Positions 1 to 9,841 of a stretch of 35,641 bases of DNA are shown here, piece by piece (within the stretch, counting starts at the first letter, position 1; each line of letters begins with the position of its first letter). The position numbers were made by a program, and so were the translations under genes. The stretch comes from Candidatus Abawacabacteria bacterium RBG_16_42_10 (GTDB lineage Bacteria > Patescibacteriota > Gracilibacteria > RBG-16-42-10), in NCBI GenBank assembly GCA_001773455.1, contig MEWR01000014.1, positions 5,181 to 40,821 on the forward strand, read 5' to 3'. The notes beneath the pieces were generated by a model, which had not been told where the DNA came from, made no database searches, and worked only from the letters and a program-made list of their open reading frames with translations.

Positions 1-137
1 GCAATCATTTTATCCACGACACGTTGAGGTGTGGGAACAAATGGAGCACCAATGAAGAATACATAGCATGTCACGATCAATAAAATCGCAGCGATGATAT
101 ACAGAATGACCCAGAAAATAAGGAGAGGAAGAGGCAT
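1..137 (-). CDS. N-terminal part of a membrane-anchored class I SAM-dependent methyltransferase (runs off window edge)
   Basis: Not in ORF track. My translation from ATG at 137: MPLPLLIFWVILYIIAAILLIVTCYVFFIGAPFVPTPQRVVDKMI. A TM helix followed by GAPFVPT is typical of FAM173-like methyltransferases. Confidence 0.65.
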   Translation of the reverse strand, partial: MPLPLLIFWVILYIIAAILLIVTCYVFFIGAPFVPTPQRVVDKMI

Positions 138-205
138 AAAAGTTCTAAGTTCTAAATTCTAAGTTGAAAATTGAGACTAAAATTGTTAATTGGTAATTGT
201 TAATT

Positions 206-3200
206 TTAAATTATTTTTTCATCGAAGGCTTTGGCGAATACTTGGATATTATCACAAAGTGTCGAGAACCAATTATCACCCAGTTCTTCCTTTTTAATCT
301 TGAGTGTTTGTCCGGAAATAAACCATTTTGGATTGCTCGCCAGAAGTCTCATTATCTCCCGAGGTGTCACTTTGCTGCCAATCATGAACTCAATACGTTT
401 CTGTCGCTCGATAAATGTTTCTTTGATTGCCAAGATATTGGCCTTCGTAGCATGGATTTTCAATTCAAGCACCTTAAGGAGATTCTTTGTTTCATGAGGC
501 ATGGGGCCATATTTTTCACTCAATTCTTTTGATAATTCTTCTAAAGTCACAAGATTGTCACAGCTTGCCAATTGTTGGTAGTACTTAATTTTATCGATTT
601 GATCTTCAATATATGTATCAGGAATAAATGCAGTGATGGGTAATTCAATGAGGGTCTCTTCTTTGGGTTTATTGATGAAATCAATGTGGTTTTTACCGGA
701 TTTAATATTTTCAATGGCTTGTTTGAGCATCCTGGTAAAATGCGTCACACCGATAGCATTGATACTTCCATGTTGTTTTGCACCCAAAATATCTCCAGCA
801 CCACGGATTTCGAGATCGCGCATGGCAATTTGAAAACCGCTACCGAGTTCGGATGCTTCAACAATGGCACGAAGACGTTTTTTGGCAGTATCATCAAGTT
901 TCTGACTATGATAGAGAAAATATGCATAAGCTTGAGTCTTACTGCGACCCACTCGCCCACGCAATTGATAGGCTTGAGCAAGCCCCAGACGCTCTGCATT
1001 GTCGACAATCAGCGTATTGGCATTTGGCAAGTCAATTCCATTTTCGATAATAGTAGAGCTGATCAGCACATCATATTTGTGGTCCTTGAATTGTAATATT
1101 CGATTTTCCAAATCATCATTCATCAATTGTCCATGAGCTACGACAAATCGTGCCTCGGGAACCAATGCCTGTAACTTTTCTTTCATACTATCGATGGTCT
1201 GTACGCGATTGTGGAGAAAGTATACTTGGCCCTTCCTTTGCAATTCCCTGAGTATTGCCTCTCTGATAAAAGACATACTAAAGCGTCGTACCTCGGTAAT
1301 GACTGGCAAACGTCCCGGTGGAGGTGTTGTGATTGTAGAAATATCACGAAGTCCAGACAAACTCATATTGAGTGTCCTTGGAATAGGCGTTGCTGTAAGT
1401 GTCAGAATATCGACACTATGACGAAGTGACTTTAATCTTTCTTTTTGTTTCACTCCAAATCGCTGCTCCTCGTCGATGATGACCAACCCCAAATCCTTAA
1501 ACGTCACATCAGCCTGTAATAATCGATGTGTGCCAATAATAATATCTACCTGACCTTTTTCTAATTTTTCCAGAGTTATTTTTTGCTCAGCCGGAGAGTT
1601 AAAGCGAGAAATGAGTCCGATTTTGACACCAAAAGCATTCATTCTTTTTTCAAATGATCGAAAATGTTGATCCGCAAGAATAGTGATCGGCGCAAGCACC
1701 GCTATTTGTTTTCCATTGATATATGCTTTAAACGCCGCACGCATCGCTACTTCGGTTTTTCCAAACCCCACATCGCCACAAAGCAAACGATCCATGGGTT
1801 TTTCTCTCTCCATATCACGTTTGATTTCTTCAACAGCTTTGAGTTGCCCAGGAGTCTCTACATATCCAAATGCTTTATCAAATTCCTTCATGCGCTCATC
1901 TTCCACATGATAGGCAAAACCTTTTGCTGTTTCACGTAGTGCATACAGCTCCAAAAGTTCCTTGGCAATTTGCAAGCTTTCTTTCCTCGCTTCGGAGGTA
2001 ACACGAGTCCAGTCTCCCGAACCCAGACGCGTAAGGGGTGGAGCATATTCCCCTGTGGCGCCGATATATTTGTTGACTTTATCGGCCTGTTCAACCGGAA
2101 CAAAGAGCTTATCGCCCTTGGCATAATCCAAGTGTAAATATTCTCGCGTCACGGAATCAACAGTTTTCTTCTCTACACCCTGGAAAAGGGCCAAACCATG
2201 ATCAATATGTACAACCAGATCTCCAGGATTGAGGCTAGCCAAAAAGGCAGCATCTACCTGCGACTGATAAAACTTCTTAGGTTTTTGAAATTGACCGAAT
2301 ATTTCTTGATCCGTAATGACAAGTACCCTGAGTCCTACATTTTGAAATGCCTCAGGGAATTGGAGAGACTGCGAGCTGAAAGTGTCTCCGGTTATATTCT
2401 TTACTTTTGTTTCTATAAGATGCACATGTTTCAGATCTTGATCGGAAAAACCCTGATCGATGAAAAGCTGCCAAATTCTTTCGGAATCATGGGTAAATAT
2501 GATAACCTGCCAATTCTCATGAACTTTTTCTTTGAGATTGTCAGTAAACTCCAGAGGATTATGAAAACGTAAAACCGAAGTAAAATGAAGATCAAGGATA
2601 TCTCCATTACTTATATCTTCTGCAAAAGGTACAAAATTCATGATCCGAACTTTTTCAGGTAATTTTTCGGGAGAGACTGATAATTCATCAAAAATTACAA
2701 GACTTTCTCCAAAACAATCAAGCAAAGTTGCGTTGTATCCTCTGGTTTCTACGGGAAATATCGTCACATCATCGTACTCTAAACCCTTCTCTTGGGTTGC
2801 AATATGAAAGTCAGTGATACTTTCGATATGATCACCGAAAAGCTCAATGCGGACGGGCTGGCTACGATTAACCGGGAAAATATCAATGATTCCTCCGCGC
2901 TTGAGGTAAAAGCCGGGATCGATAATCAACCCACTGGCAACTTGATAGCCACTGTCTATTAGTTGATTGAAAAATTGTACAAAATTAATTTTATTTCCTT
3001 TTTTCAAGAGAAGTCGAGCTTGTTCGATATCATAGCTTGTGGGTACTTGGAGTTCCTTTAAGACTTTTGGAGTGGTCACCAATACAGGTTGTCTTTTTTC
3101 ATTTAACAGCGCAATTAATTTCATGACAGACAAGTGATCACTGCCTGTCAGAGTGTCTTCACTTAATACAAAAAAATCAGGTACTTGCCACAAAGCACCA

Positions 3201-3403
3201 TCGGATTTCAAACGATCCAGCATATCTGTATCATCTACAATCCACAGCACCGGTTTTTTCATTATTTTTTGAATTTGAAAAACAGTGAGCAGCTTACTGG
3301 CCGAACTAGCGGCACCAGTAACATGAAGGATTTCACCCTGACTGAGCTTGTCCGTGTATTCTAAAGACGGCAAAGCCACGAGTTCACAAACGAGCGATGA
3401 CAT
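206..3403 (-). CDS. mfd: Transcription-repair coupling factor
   Basis: UvrB-like N-region (RGGIIDIFP), CarD/RID domain ([10 protein letters not shown]), SF2 motifs [35 protein letters not shown]-terminal TRCF domain. Confidence 0.97.
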   Translation of the reverse strand: MSSLVCELVALPSLEYTDKLSQGEILHVTGAASSASKLLTVFQIQKIMKKPVLWIVDDTDMLDRLKSDGALWQVPDFFVLSEDTLTGSDHLSVMKLIALLNEKRQPVLVTTPKVLKELQVPTSYDIEQARLLLKKGNKINFVQFFNQLIDSGYQVASGLIIDPGFYLKRGGIIDIFPVNRSQPVRIELFGDHIESITDFHIATQEKGLEYDDVTIFPVETRGYNATLLDCFGESLVIFDELSVSPEKLPEKVRIMNFVPFAEDISNGDILDLHFTSVLRFHNPLEFTDNLKEKVHENWQVIIFTHDSERIWQLFIDQGFSDQDLKHVHLIETKVKNITGDTFSSQSLQFPEAFQNVGLRVLVITDQEIFGQFQKPKKFYQSQVDAAFLASLNPGDLVVHIDHGLALFQGVEKKTVDSVTREYLHLDYAKGDKLFVPVEQADKVNKYIGATGEYAPPLTRLGSGDWTRVTSEARKESLQIAKELLELYALRETAKGFAYHVEDERMKEFDKAFGYVETPGQLKAVEEIKRDMEREKPMDRLLCGDVGFGKTEVAMRAAFKAYINGKQIAVLAPITILADQHFRSFEKRMNAFGVKIGLISRFNSPAEQKITLEKLEKGQVDIIIGTHRLLQADVTFKDLGLVIIDEEQRFGVKQKERLKSLRHSVDILTLTATPIPRTLNMSLSGLRDISTITTPPPGRLPVITEVRRFSMSFIREAILRELQRKGQVYFLHNRVQTIDSMKEKLQALVPEARFVVAHGQLMNDDLENRILQFKDHKYDVLISSTIIENGIDLPNANTLIVDNAERLGLAQAYQLRGRVGRSKTQAYAYFLYHSQKLDDTAKKRLRAIVEASELGSGFQIAMRDLEIRGAGDILGAKQHGSINAIGVTHFTRMLKQAIENIKSGKNHIDFINKPKEETLIELPITAFIPDTYIEDQIDKIKYYQQLASCDNLVTLEELSKELSEKYGPMPHETKNLLKVLELKIHATKANILAIKETFIERQKRIEFMIGSKVTPREIMRLLASNPKWFISGQTLKIKKEELGDNWFSTLCDNIQVFAKAFDEKII

Positions 3404-3508
3404 GAAATACTAAAATTCGTGCGCCCCAATCGAGCAACACAAATCAAGTATAAAGAGAAACAGTATTTACCGCAAGGAGAAAATGCCATATCCTATGAAC
3501 ACTTAAAT

Positions 3509-3552
3509 GTAAGGACTGGTTTTAAACCAGTCCTTACGAAACCAGTCCTTAC
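3509..3552. repeat. REP-like palindrome with a duplicated right arm
   Basis: GTAAGGACTGGTTT-T-AAACCAGTCCTTAC (3509-3537), then a second AAACCAGTCCTTAC (3539-3552). Confidence 0.8.
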
Positions 3553-3569
3553 AATCACCCTATAATCAT

Positions 3570-4580
3570 ATGTTGTTTAGTAAAAAAATCGCTATTGATC
3601 TCGGTACGACGAATACCCGCGTCCATTTACAAGGAAGAGGCATCATAGCCCAAGAGCCATCCATCCTTGTCATCTCTGATCAAAAAAACATTCTCGCCAT
3701 CGGCGAAGAAGCCAAAGTCATGCTTGGAAAAACTCCTGAGATGATCAGCGCTCATCAGCCATTACAAGACGGAGCCATTGCTGATTACCGTGTCACTGAG
3801 GGTTTGCTCAGACATTTCATCAACAAGGCGGTGGGACGATTTCGTTTGATCAACCCCGAGGTGATGATTTCCGTGTCCGCAGGTATTACCAGTACTGAAA
3901 GACGTGCTGTGATCGACGCAGCAATCTCTGCTGGTGCACGTGAAGCCTACTTAATAAAACATCCACTTGCTGCCGCTATCGGAGCAAATATTCCCCTTTC
4001 TGAACCGCTCGGTAATTTCATCGTAGATATTGGTGGTGGAACAACAGAAGTGGCGGTGCTTTCTTTGGGAGGAATTGTAGTCTCTGAATCTGTACGTGTC
4101 GGTGGTAATAAATTTGATGAAAGCATCATTGAATATATGCGTAAGCAATATGGTCTATCTGTTGGACCAAGAACTGCTGAAGAAATTAAAATCAATGTAG
4201 GCAGCGCCATCCCCATGAAAGAACCTCTCAAGATGAATATTCGCGGTCGCGATCTTGTCAGTGGGTTGCCGAAAGTGATCGAAGTAAATACAAATGATGT
4301 CGTCAAAGCAATCACTGATGAATTGGAAAAGATTATTCTTGCAATCAAAAAAGTATTGGAGCAAACCCCTCCAGAACTGAGTGCGGACATTATTGATCAT
4401 GGCATAGTTCTCTCGGGCGGCGGCGCACAAATGCGAAGTCTCGCTGATCTTATCAGCCATCACACCGGAGTGCCCACCATTGTTGTTGAAGAGCCAATGT
4501 TGTGTGTGGTACGAGGCGTAGCTGTTGCTCTAGAAAATCTTGAATCGTACAAGAGGAGTTTAATTGGTAGTAAACACTAA
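3570..4580 (+). CDS. mreB: Rod shape-determining protein MreB
   Basis: IAIDLGTTN, PLQDGAIADY, VDIGGGTTEVAV, GRDLVSGLP, PPELSADI, LSGGGA motifs. Confidence 0.95.
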   Translation: MLFSKKIAIDLGTTNTRVHLQGRGIIAQEPSILVISDQKNILAIGEEAKVMLGKTPEMISAHQPLQDGAIADYRVTEGLLRHFINKAVGRFRLINPEVMISVSAGITSTERRAVIDAAISAGAREAYLIKHPLAAAIGANIPLSEPLGNFIVDIGGGTTEVAVLSLGGIVVSESVRVGGNKFDESIIEYMRKQYGLSVGPRTAEEIKINVGSAIPMKEPLKMNIRGRDLVSGLPKVIEVNTNDVVKAITDELEKIILAIKKVLEQTPPELSADIIDHGIVLSGGGAQMRSLADLISHHTGVPTIVVEEPMLCVVRGVAVALENLESYKRSLIGSKH

Positions 4581-4610
4581 CAAGTTCTAAATTCTAAGTT
4601 CAAAATTAAA

Positions 4611-5882
4611 ATGAAAAAATCCTTTGGATTCTTTTTGCTCCTTGTATTGCTGACGTTGCTTCCGTGGCATGCATTTTTGAAAACGTGGCTTTCATCTCTT
4701 TTTCTCGGTAGCAATGCTGACTTCCTCCCAACAATCAGCAATGTACTGAGCCTATGGAAAGAGATTCTTTTAGCAGTTTTGATAATTGTATTTCTCGTCT
4801 TCAACAAGACAAAAGGCTTTTGGCAACAATTTACCCGAGGGCACTGGGTATGGCTCGGAGCATATGTGATAACACTGCTTCTCTTTGCCGGCATACAAGC
4901 TCCCAATGCCATCGCTCTCATTTTGGGAATTCGTACAGATTTACTGTTCGTTCCAGTGTTATTTCTGGGAATACTTGTTGCAAACAGGATCGATAAAAAA
5001 CAATTCACCAACATTCTTTGGGTCAGTATTATTTCTTTAAGTATTGCCGTCGGTATTGGTATCTTGGCTTGGTTCGTCTCTCCTGATATCGGCGTTAACT
5101 TTGGTTACAGTCCTTATCAAAGTTCGTTTGTCGAGAACAAACCACTTCCCGTGTATCATTGTTTATTTATTGATGAACAATGCATTCCCCGTTTACAAGC
5201 AACATTTTCCGGACCGAATCAGGCAGGTAGTCTGATGATTCTCCTTTTGGGTTTACTCGCCACGGTAATTTCGAATTCACAATTTTACATTTTACATTTT
5301 ACATTTTTAATTCCGCTCATTGGACTTGCACTAACCTTCTCCCGTTCAGCAATCATTGGCGCTATTGTAAGCAGCTTCATGCTCGTCCCGAGAAAGATAT
5401 TCCTTATTGCTCTTAGTGGGATTGTGATACTTACAACAGGAATATTTGTCCTCAAATCTGACCTGATCACTCACGGACTTTCGTCATCAGAGCATTGGGA
5501 AAAAACAATTGCTGGCATTACGCGCGTCATAGAAAAACCTTTGGGGACAGGATTTGGTACTGCAGGTCCCGTATCACGACGTTTATTTGGCCCTGAAAAA
5601 GCCCTGATCAGTGAAAATTGGTATCTCCAAATAGCAGAGGAAGGAGGCATTGTTCCCTCTCTCGTATTTATTGCCTGGCTGGGTATGCTTATTTATCGCC
5701 TTTTCAAGAAAACAGAACGTTTTGCGAGAACCATGGCTTTCGTCCTCTTGGCTACATCACTCCAAGCATTCTTCCTTCATCTCTGGGAAGATAGTGTCGT
5801 TACAATGTTGATATGGTTTTTCGTTGGCTTGGCACTTAGTCGTCAAAAATACCTACCCAATCATCAGGATCATCAATTGTAG
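4611..5882 (+). CDS. O-antigen ligase (Wzy_C) family polytopic membrane protein
   Basis: Many TM segments; RLQATFSGPNQAG, LTFSRSA, PLGTGFG, ENWYLQIAEEGG motifs. Confidence 0.8.
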   Translation: MKKSFGFFLLLVLLTLLPWHAFLKTWLSSLFLGSNADFLPTISNVLSLWKEILLAVLIIVFLVFNKTKGFWQQFTRGHWVWLGAYVITLLLFAGIQAPNAIALILGIRTDLLFVPVLFLGILVANRIDKKQFTNILWVSIISLSIAVGIGILAWFVSPDIGVNFGYSPYQSSFVENKPLPVYHCLFIDEQCIPRLQATFSGPNQAGSLMILLLGLLATVISNSQFYILHFTFLIPLIGLALTFSRSAIIGAIVSSFMLVPRKIFLIALSGIVILTTGIFVLKSDLITHGLSSSEHWEKTIAGITRVIEKPLGTGFGTAGPVSRRLFGPEKALISENWYLQIAEEGGIVPSLVFIAWLGMLIYRLFKKTERFARTMAFVLLATSLQAFFLHLWEDSVVTMLIWFFVGLALSRQKYLPNHQDHQL

Positions 5883-6120
5883 ATCTTTGCCCTCTATTTC
5901 CTTTCACCGAATATTCTCTCTCAGGAAGCTGCCGGACTGACGGTGGAATAACATCTTCCAAACTTTCAGCCTCATCACGTTCACCTAATTCTTCTATTTC
6001 ATTTGGTGTCTCACGTAAAATCTTTGCGATTTTTTTACGCTTTTGATTTGGAAGAGTAGGAACAGGAGCGGGCAAGGGAAATGTCGGATTCCTGAGAAAC
6101 TCGTGTAGCTTTTTGGTCAT
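5836..6120 (-). CDS. Small hypothetical protein
   Basis: 94-aa ATG ORF 13 bp downstream of the 89-aa ORF; overlaps the end of the ligase-like gene. Confidence 0.45.
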   Translation of the reverse strand: MTKKLHEFLRNPTFPLPAPVPTLPNQKRKKIAKILRETPNEIEELGERDEAESLEDVIPPSVRQLPEREYSVKGNRGQRSTIDDPDDWVGIFDD

Positions 6121-6133
6121 GAGATAAAAAAAG

Positions 6134-6403
6134 TTAAGAAATTATTTCCTGGAGGAATTGTCGATGTTTTCGAATGGTATCAATAAATGTAAAAAGTCTT
6201 TCATCATCGACTCGCAATCGATCATCTTCATGAAAGCAAAACTTCTTCAAAGAAGAGAAATCATCACTCTCACCTTCCTCTATCTGGATAAGTTGCCGAA
6301 ACAAATCTCGAACAACCTGAGATCTTTCCCGTTCTGGAATGTTCAATTCCAAAAATCTTCTGATAAATTCTGCATTAAATCGGAACTGTTCGGGGATATA
6401 CAT
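6134..6403 (-). CDS. Small hypothetical protein
   Basis: 89-aa ATG ORF with charged, helical-looking composition filling an otherwise empty gap. Confidence 0.55.
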   Translation of the reverse strand: MYIPEQFRFNAEFIRRFLELNIPERERSQVVRDLFRQLIQIEEGESDDFSSLKKFCFHEDDRLRVDDERLFTFIDTIRKHRQFLQEIIS

Positions 6404-6528
6404 AGAAAGTGTGACCAGATGCTAAGTTACCACATTATCGACTATAGTCAACAAGAGCCTCTCATTTTCCACTACTCGCGAAAGCAATTTTTTATGCTAC
6501 AATAGTTCTGATATTTCTTCTCGATTCT

Positions 6529-7257
6529 ATGGCAGATAATGATTTTTACATTGGGCCCCGAAAATATGAAGGCGTGATCGTTTTCTATCGTATGTTGGCC
6601 GGTATTGTCGGTGGTTTAGCTGGCGGACTTATCATTCTCATCGGGCTTATTCTTGCAGGTTCTCTTCTCAATGCACTCGCTGATCCCACCGCATTTGTTT
6701 CACCATTCGCCATCTTCATGGCTGTGAGTGTGCTCTTTATGGCAGGTCTTGTCGGCAATGGCCTCAGTGTTTTCCTTATGAGTTTAAGCGATCAGGACAA
6801 ATACCAAAATCCTTATCGTGGTCTTCTTCAGGTGGCGGTCATCAATATTGTCATCTTTTTAATCAGCATTGGTGCTTATTTTATTGCTCGATCGATCGAT
6901 ATCAGCTTCATGATCACCGTGGCATTGGTACAATTTGTTTCTTCAGCACTTGCTTCTACTTTTGTTTTTAGCGCCGTCACTGTACGTCCCAGTGAATTCG
7001 TCATCGAAATTTATGGTGGCTTTATCAGTATGCTACTAGGTCTTGGTATAGCTACACTGGTCTACTTCGTCGGCAATGAGTTAGCTCTTTTCTTTGGCCT
7101 GCCTATCATCATGTGGTTCAGCATCGGTTTCTTCGGTGGTCTCACAGAATTCTTCTATTATCAACTCTATCGTCACACTGGTGTCGATGTCTTAGAAACC
7201 GGCGACGCAGACTATCAAGACGAAGGTTTTGATGAACCTGCTGAAAGGAAGAAATAG
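6529..7257 (+). CDS. Hypothetical polytopic membrane protein
   Basis: About 6 hydrophobic segments and an acidic tail; extended -10-like TGCTACAAT upstream. Confidence 0.8.
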   Translation: MADNDFYIGPRKYEGVIVFYRMLAGIVGGLAGGLIILIGLILAGSLLNALADPTAFVSPFAIFMAVSVLFMAGLVGNGLSVFLMSLSDQDKYQNPYRGLLQVAVINIVIFLISIGAYFIARSIDISFMITVALVQFVSSALASTFVFSAVTVRPSEFVIEIYGGFISMLLGLGIATLVYFVGNELALFFGLPIIMWFSIGFFGGLTEFFYYQLYRHTGVDVLETGDADYQDEGFDEPAERKK

Positions 7258-7262
7258 TTCAA

Positions 7263-7314
7263 GTTCTAAATTCCAAGCCTGCCCCGAGTGTATCGAAGGG
7301 TTCAGAGTTCTAAG
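7263..7314 (+). repeat. Composite palindrome-in-heptamer element, copy 1
   Basis: GTTCTAAATTCCAAGCCTGCCCCGAGTGTATCGAAGGGTTCAGAGTTCTAAG; related copies at 14652-14703, 17053-17097 and 19329-19369. Confidence 0.85.
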
Positions 7315-7435
7315 TGGCATAAAACTCAAGTTTCTTTCTTATTCTTATATCGATCCTTCGAGCATAGGGTGCTTTTTAATAGAAATAAGCACTTTAAGAA
7401 TTAAGATAAACATTAGACACTTTCATAGCACGCCA

Positions 7436-7623
7436 CGAACCCGACCGGAGTGAGTGGTTTGAGTCTAATGGCTGCGCCAAAATACCCGACCGGAGTGAGT
7501 GGAAAATTTGCAATGAACTACTCCTGTGTCGAGTTCATTGCATGAACCACTATTTATTTTTTATAGCCAAGAAGCGATTCTCTGGCAGCAGCCATGAATC
7601 CGAGCGCAGCGAGTGGTTCATGG
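7436..7623. repeat. Cluster of short palindromic and direct repeats downstream of tRNA-Arg(CCG)
   Basis: ACCCGACCGGAGTGAGTGG twice (7439, 7484); 11-bp stem TGCAATGAACT/AGTTCATTGCA (7509-7542); GCCATGAATC..GAGTGGTTCATGG (7591-7623). Confidence 0.8.
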
Positions 7624-7695
7624 TGACCCCAAGAGGAATTGAACCTCTATCTAAACCTTCGGAGGGCTTCGTTCTATCCGTTAAACTATGGGGTC
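7621..7695 (-). tRNA. tRNA-Arg(CCG)
   Basis: GACCCCATAGTTTAACGGATAGAACGAAGCC-CTCCGAA-GGTTTAGATAGAGGTTCAATTCCTCTTGGGGTCACCA; cloverleaf with encoded CCA. Confidence 0.95.
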
Positions 7696-7730
7696 GGATT
7701 AATTTAAAATTAACAATTGAAAATTGAAAA

Positions 7731-8108
7731 TTAAATTACCTTAACAAAAATAGCACAAACACCGTAGAGCTTTTCTTCCTCTGGAGAATAATATTTATGC
7801 ATATTATCTAGTTTTTCTTGTAATCTTGCGTCTTGATTATATCCTACTGCTATTCCATCTATAGTATTAAACATCTCTTCGAGACTTGGAAATACCAAAA
7901 GATCAATAATCAAAGTGTCAATTTTTTCGTTTTTATCTGTTCTATTGCTAAAGGTAATTTTATCGCCTGTTTTTAATTTGCGTCTTTTTTCATCATACAA
8001 TCTTAATTCTATAGTCTTCGATCCACTTTTAACCATGGAAAAAGCATTGGCATTAAGCCACATTTCATGTTCGGCCGGTACTAAATTTTCAAGTGATGAT
8101 TTCTCCAT
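7731..8108 (-). CDS. ASCH domain protein
   Basis: HEMWL..FSMVKSGSKTIELRLYDEKRRKLKTGDKITF ASCH signature. Start moved to ATG 8108 because the upstream MNHSL is repeat-derived. Confidence 0.85.
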   Translation of the reverse strand: MEKSSLENLVPAEHEMWLNANAFSMVKSGSKTIELRLYDEKRRKLKTGDKITFSNRTDKNEKIDTLIIDLLVFPSLEEMFNTIDGIAVGYNQDARLQEKLDNMHKYYSPEEEKLYGVCAIFVKVI

Positions 8109-8128
8109 AAAGTAAAGGATATGGCGGA

Positions 8129-8161
8129 GCCATGAACCCGAACAAAGTGAGTGGTTCATGG
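8129..8161. repeat. 33-nt palindrome overlapping the CCA end of tRNA-Arg(CCT)
   Basis: GCCATGAACCCGAACAAAGTGAGTGGTTCATGG; perfect 9-bp stem; same family as 7591-7623 and 9767-9800. Confidence 0.8.
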
Positions 8162-8233
8162 TGACCCTGAGAGGAATTGAACCTCTATTTAGGCCTTAGG
8201 AGTGCCTCGTTCTATCCGTTGAACTACAGGATC
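8159..8233 (-). tRNA. tRNA-Arg(CCT)
   Basis: GATCCTGTAGTTCAACGGATAGAACGAGGCA-CTCCTAA-GGCCTAAATAGAGGTTCAATTCCTCTCAGGGTCACCA. Confidence 0.93.
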
Positions 8234-8448
8234 ATACGTGCGACCACTGTAGCAAATTTTTAAAAACAAATCTCATATTGACACCACCCTCCCACACCCG
8301 AAGGGTCCCCTTTGGGGCCTGGGGTCGCCTCAGGCGACCACCCTCATGCGAAAGCATAAATTTGTCGCACATTAACATATCAAAAATGAAAAAAATCTTC
8401 TTGACTTTCACTCTTAACTCAGCACTCTGAACTCTGAACTTGAGTTTT

Positions 8449-9726
8449 TTATCTTCTCCACTGCTCAAACCACAGAAGTGCATTGAAATATTTTTGACTT
8501 ATCGGAATACCAGTAAGCAATGGATAAAAACAAACGAACCATAAAGCAAAAAGTCCGAGAAGTATTGGCACAATAATTTTCCCTTGCTTGCTCTTCCATA
8601 GTTGCCAGAGAGTCAGACTCAGAAGCAATTGCCAGACAATCGCCACACCCATGAAATAATAAAGAAAAGAAACGCGACTAATGAAAATCCAAGGTACATA
8701 CATGAGCACACTGCTAATACTCAGACACCATTGCCAAGCATTCTTGGGCCAAACAAAAAAGACTGTATATACAAAAACAACGAGAGCCGACCACCAAGTA
8801 AGAGGATTTCCTATCGTGATAATCCCGTAATAATGACCATCCACTAATTGAAAATGATCCCAAATAGGTCGTACCATAAAAGGCCATGTCCACCATGATG
8901 AACCGTAAGGATGAGTCGCTGTTAAGTCACGACTAAAAACATATGCTTGCTTATGCCACGTAACAAAAGCATTCCAGACACTATCAAAAGGCTCCATGAT
9001 GTCTCTGGACAATTGCTGCCAATTTCCTCCCTCCCCCAAAAAGGCAAGTATATACGTCGCAGAAGCCACCAGAAGAAGTACAAGCAATCCAATGATTGGA
9101 TAGGGAACAATCAGCTTTTTCCAATGAAACAGTAACCAAACGAAACACAAGATCAGTGCTGCCAGACCTAACCATTTAATAGCCACTGCACAGCCGGTGA
9201 GAACTGCCGCCAAGAGCAGATACAGAACTTGTTTTTTTACTATCTTTTGTTCAAGTGCGATGACAAAAAATAAAAATGCAGCAAAAACAAAGAAATACAT
9301 AATACCATCCATGAGCCCCAAACGACCATACACGAAAAGCATGCCATCAACACCAGCTATCAGGAGAGCAATAAATGCTGCTTGCCAAGATTTCGTCATT
9401 CTCCAAGCCAATTGCCATAGTACCGTCAGTAATCCCATACCAAAGAGGTATGACATAATGCGCCAGCCAAAGGCATTATTGCCAAACACCCATTCACCCA
9501 CCGCAATAATCCATTTCCCCAGAGGAGGATGAATATCAAAAAATGCTTCCCCTATGATGTACTTTTGCGCAAAAACTGGGAAATACACTTCATCAAAAAT
9601 CACGTCCTGAGGAGATGCTAGATGCCAAGCACGAACAACAGCAAATACTACAAAGAGCCCTAAAGCCGCAACGTAGTAAGCGTCCCAGGACTTTATGTGT
9701 TGCAGCAGTGAAATTTTTTTTGTCAT
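8449..9726 (-). CDS. Protein O-mannosyltransferase (GT39/PMT family)
   Basis: IFDEVYF, FDIHPPLGK, AVAIKW, HPYGSSWWTWP, IGNPLTWW motifs. Start moved to MTKK (9726). Confidence 0.9.
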   Translation of the reverse strand: MTKKISLLQHIKSWDAYYVAALGLFVVFAVVRAWHLASPQDVIFDEVYFPVFAQKYIIGEAFFDIHPPLGKWIIAVGEWVFGNNAFGWRIMSYLFGMGLLTVLWQLAWRMTKSWQAAFIALLIAGVDGMLFVYGRLGLMDGIMYFFVFAAFLFFVIALEQKIVKKQVLYLLLAAVLTGCAVAIKWLGLAALILCFVWLLFHWKKLIVPYPIIGLLVLLLVASATYILAFLGEGGNWQQLSRDIMEPFDSVWNAFVTWHKQAYVFSRDLTATHPYGSSWWTWPFMVRPIWDHFQLVDGHYYGIITIGNPLTWWSALVVFVYTVFFVWPKNAWQWCLSISSVLMYVPWIFISRVSFLYYFMGVAIVWQLLLSLTLWQLWKSKQGKIIVPILLGLFALWFVCFYPLLTGIPISQKYFNALLWFEQWRR

Positions 9727-9766
9727 ATGAAGAAAAATTGCCTCCTTTGGTAAGCCGGATTCTGTA

Positions 9767-9841
9767 GCCCTGAATCCAAGCGTTAGCGAGTGGTTCATGG
9801 GTGACTATCATCTATCTAGTCCCGCCCTTGCGGGCGGGATC
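9767..9841. repeat. Two short palindromic elements
   Basis: GCCCTGAATCCAAGCGTTAGCGAGTGGTTCATGG (9767-9800) and TCCCGCCCTTGCGGGCGGGA hairpin (~9820-9839). Confidence 0.7.

Noticed and set aside
7436-7623. CRISPR array
   Set aside because: Only two exact 19-nt repeats, mixed orientations, no regular spacers and no cas genes
8109-8159. N-terminal MNHSL extensions on the ASCH and PMT ORFs (also 9727-9798)
   Set aside because: They arise from the ATG inside the palindromic repeat, not from protein homology
7621-9805. Integrative element bounded by tRNA att sites
   Set aside because: No integrase, and the GAGTGGTTCATGGGTGAC copy at ~9788-9805 lies upstream of the tRNAs, the wrong side for a 3' att duplication
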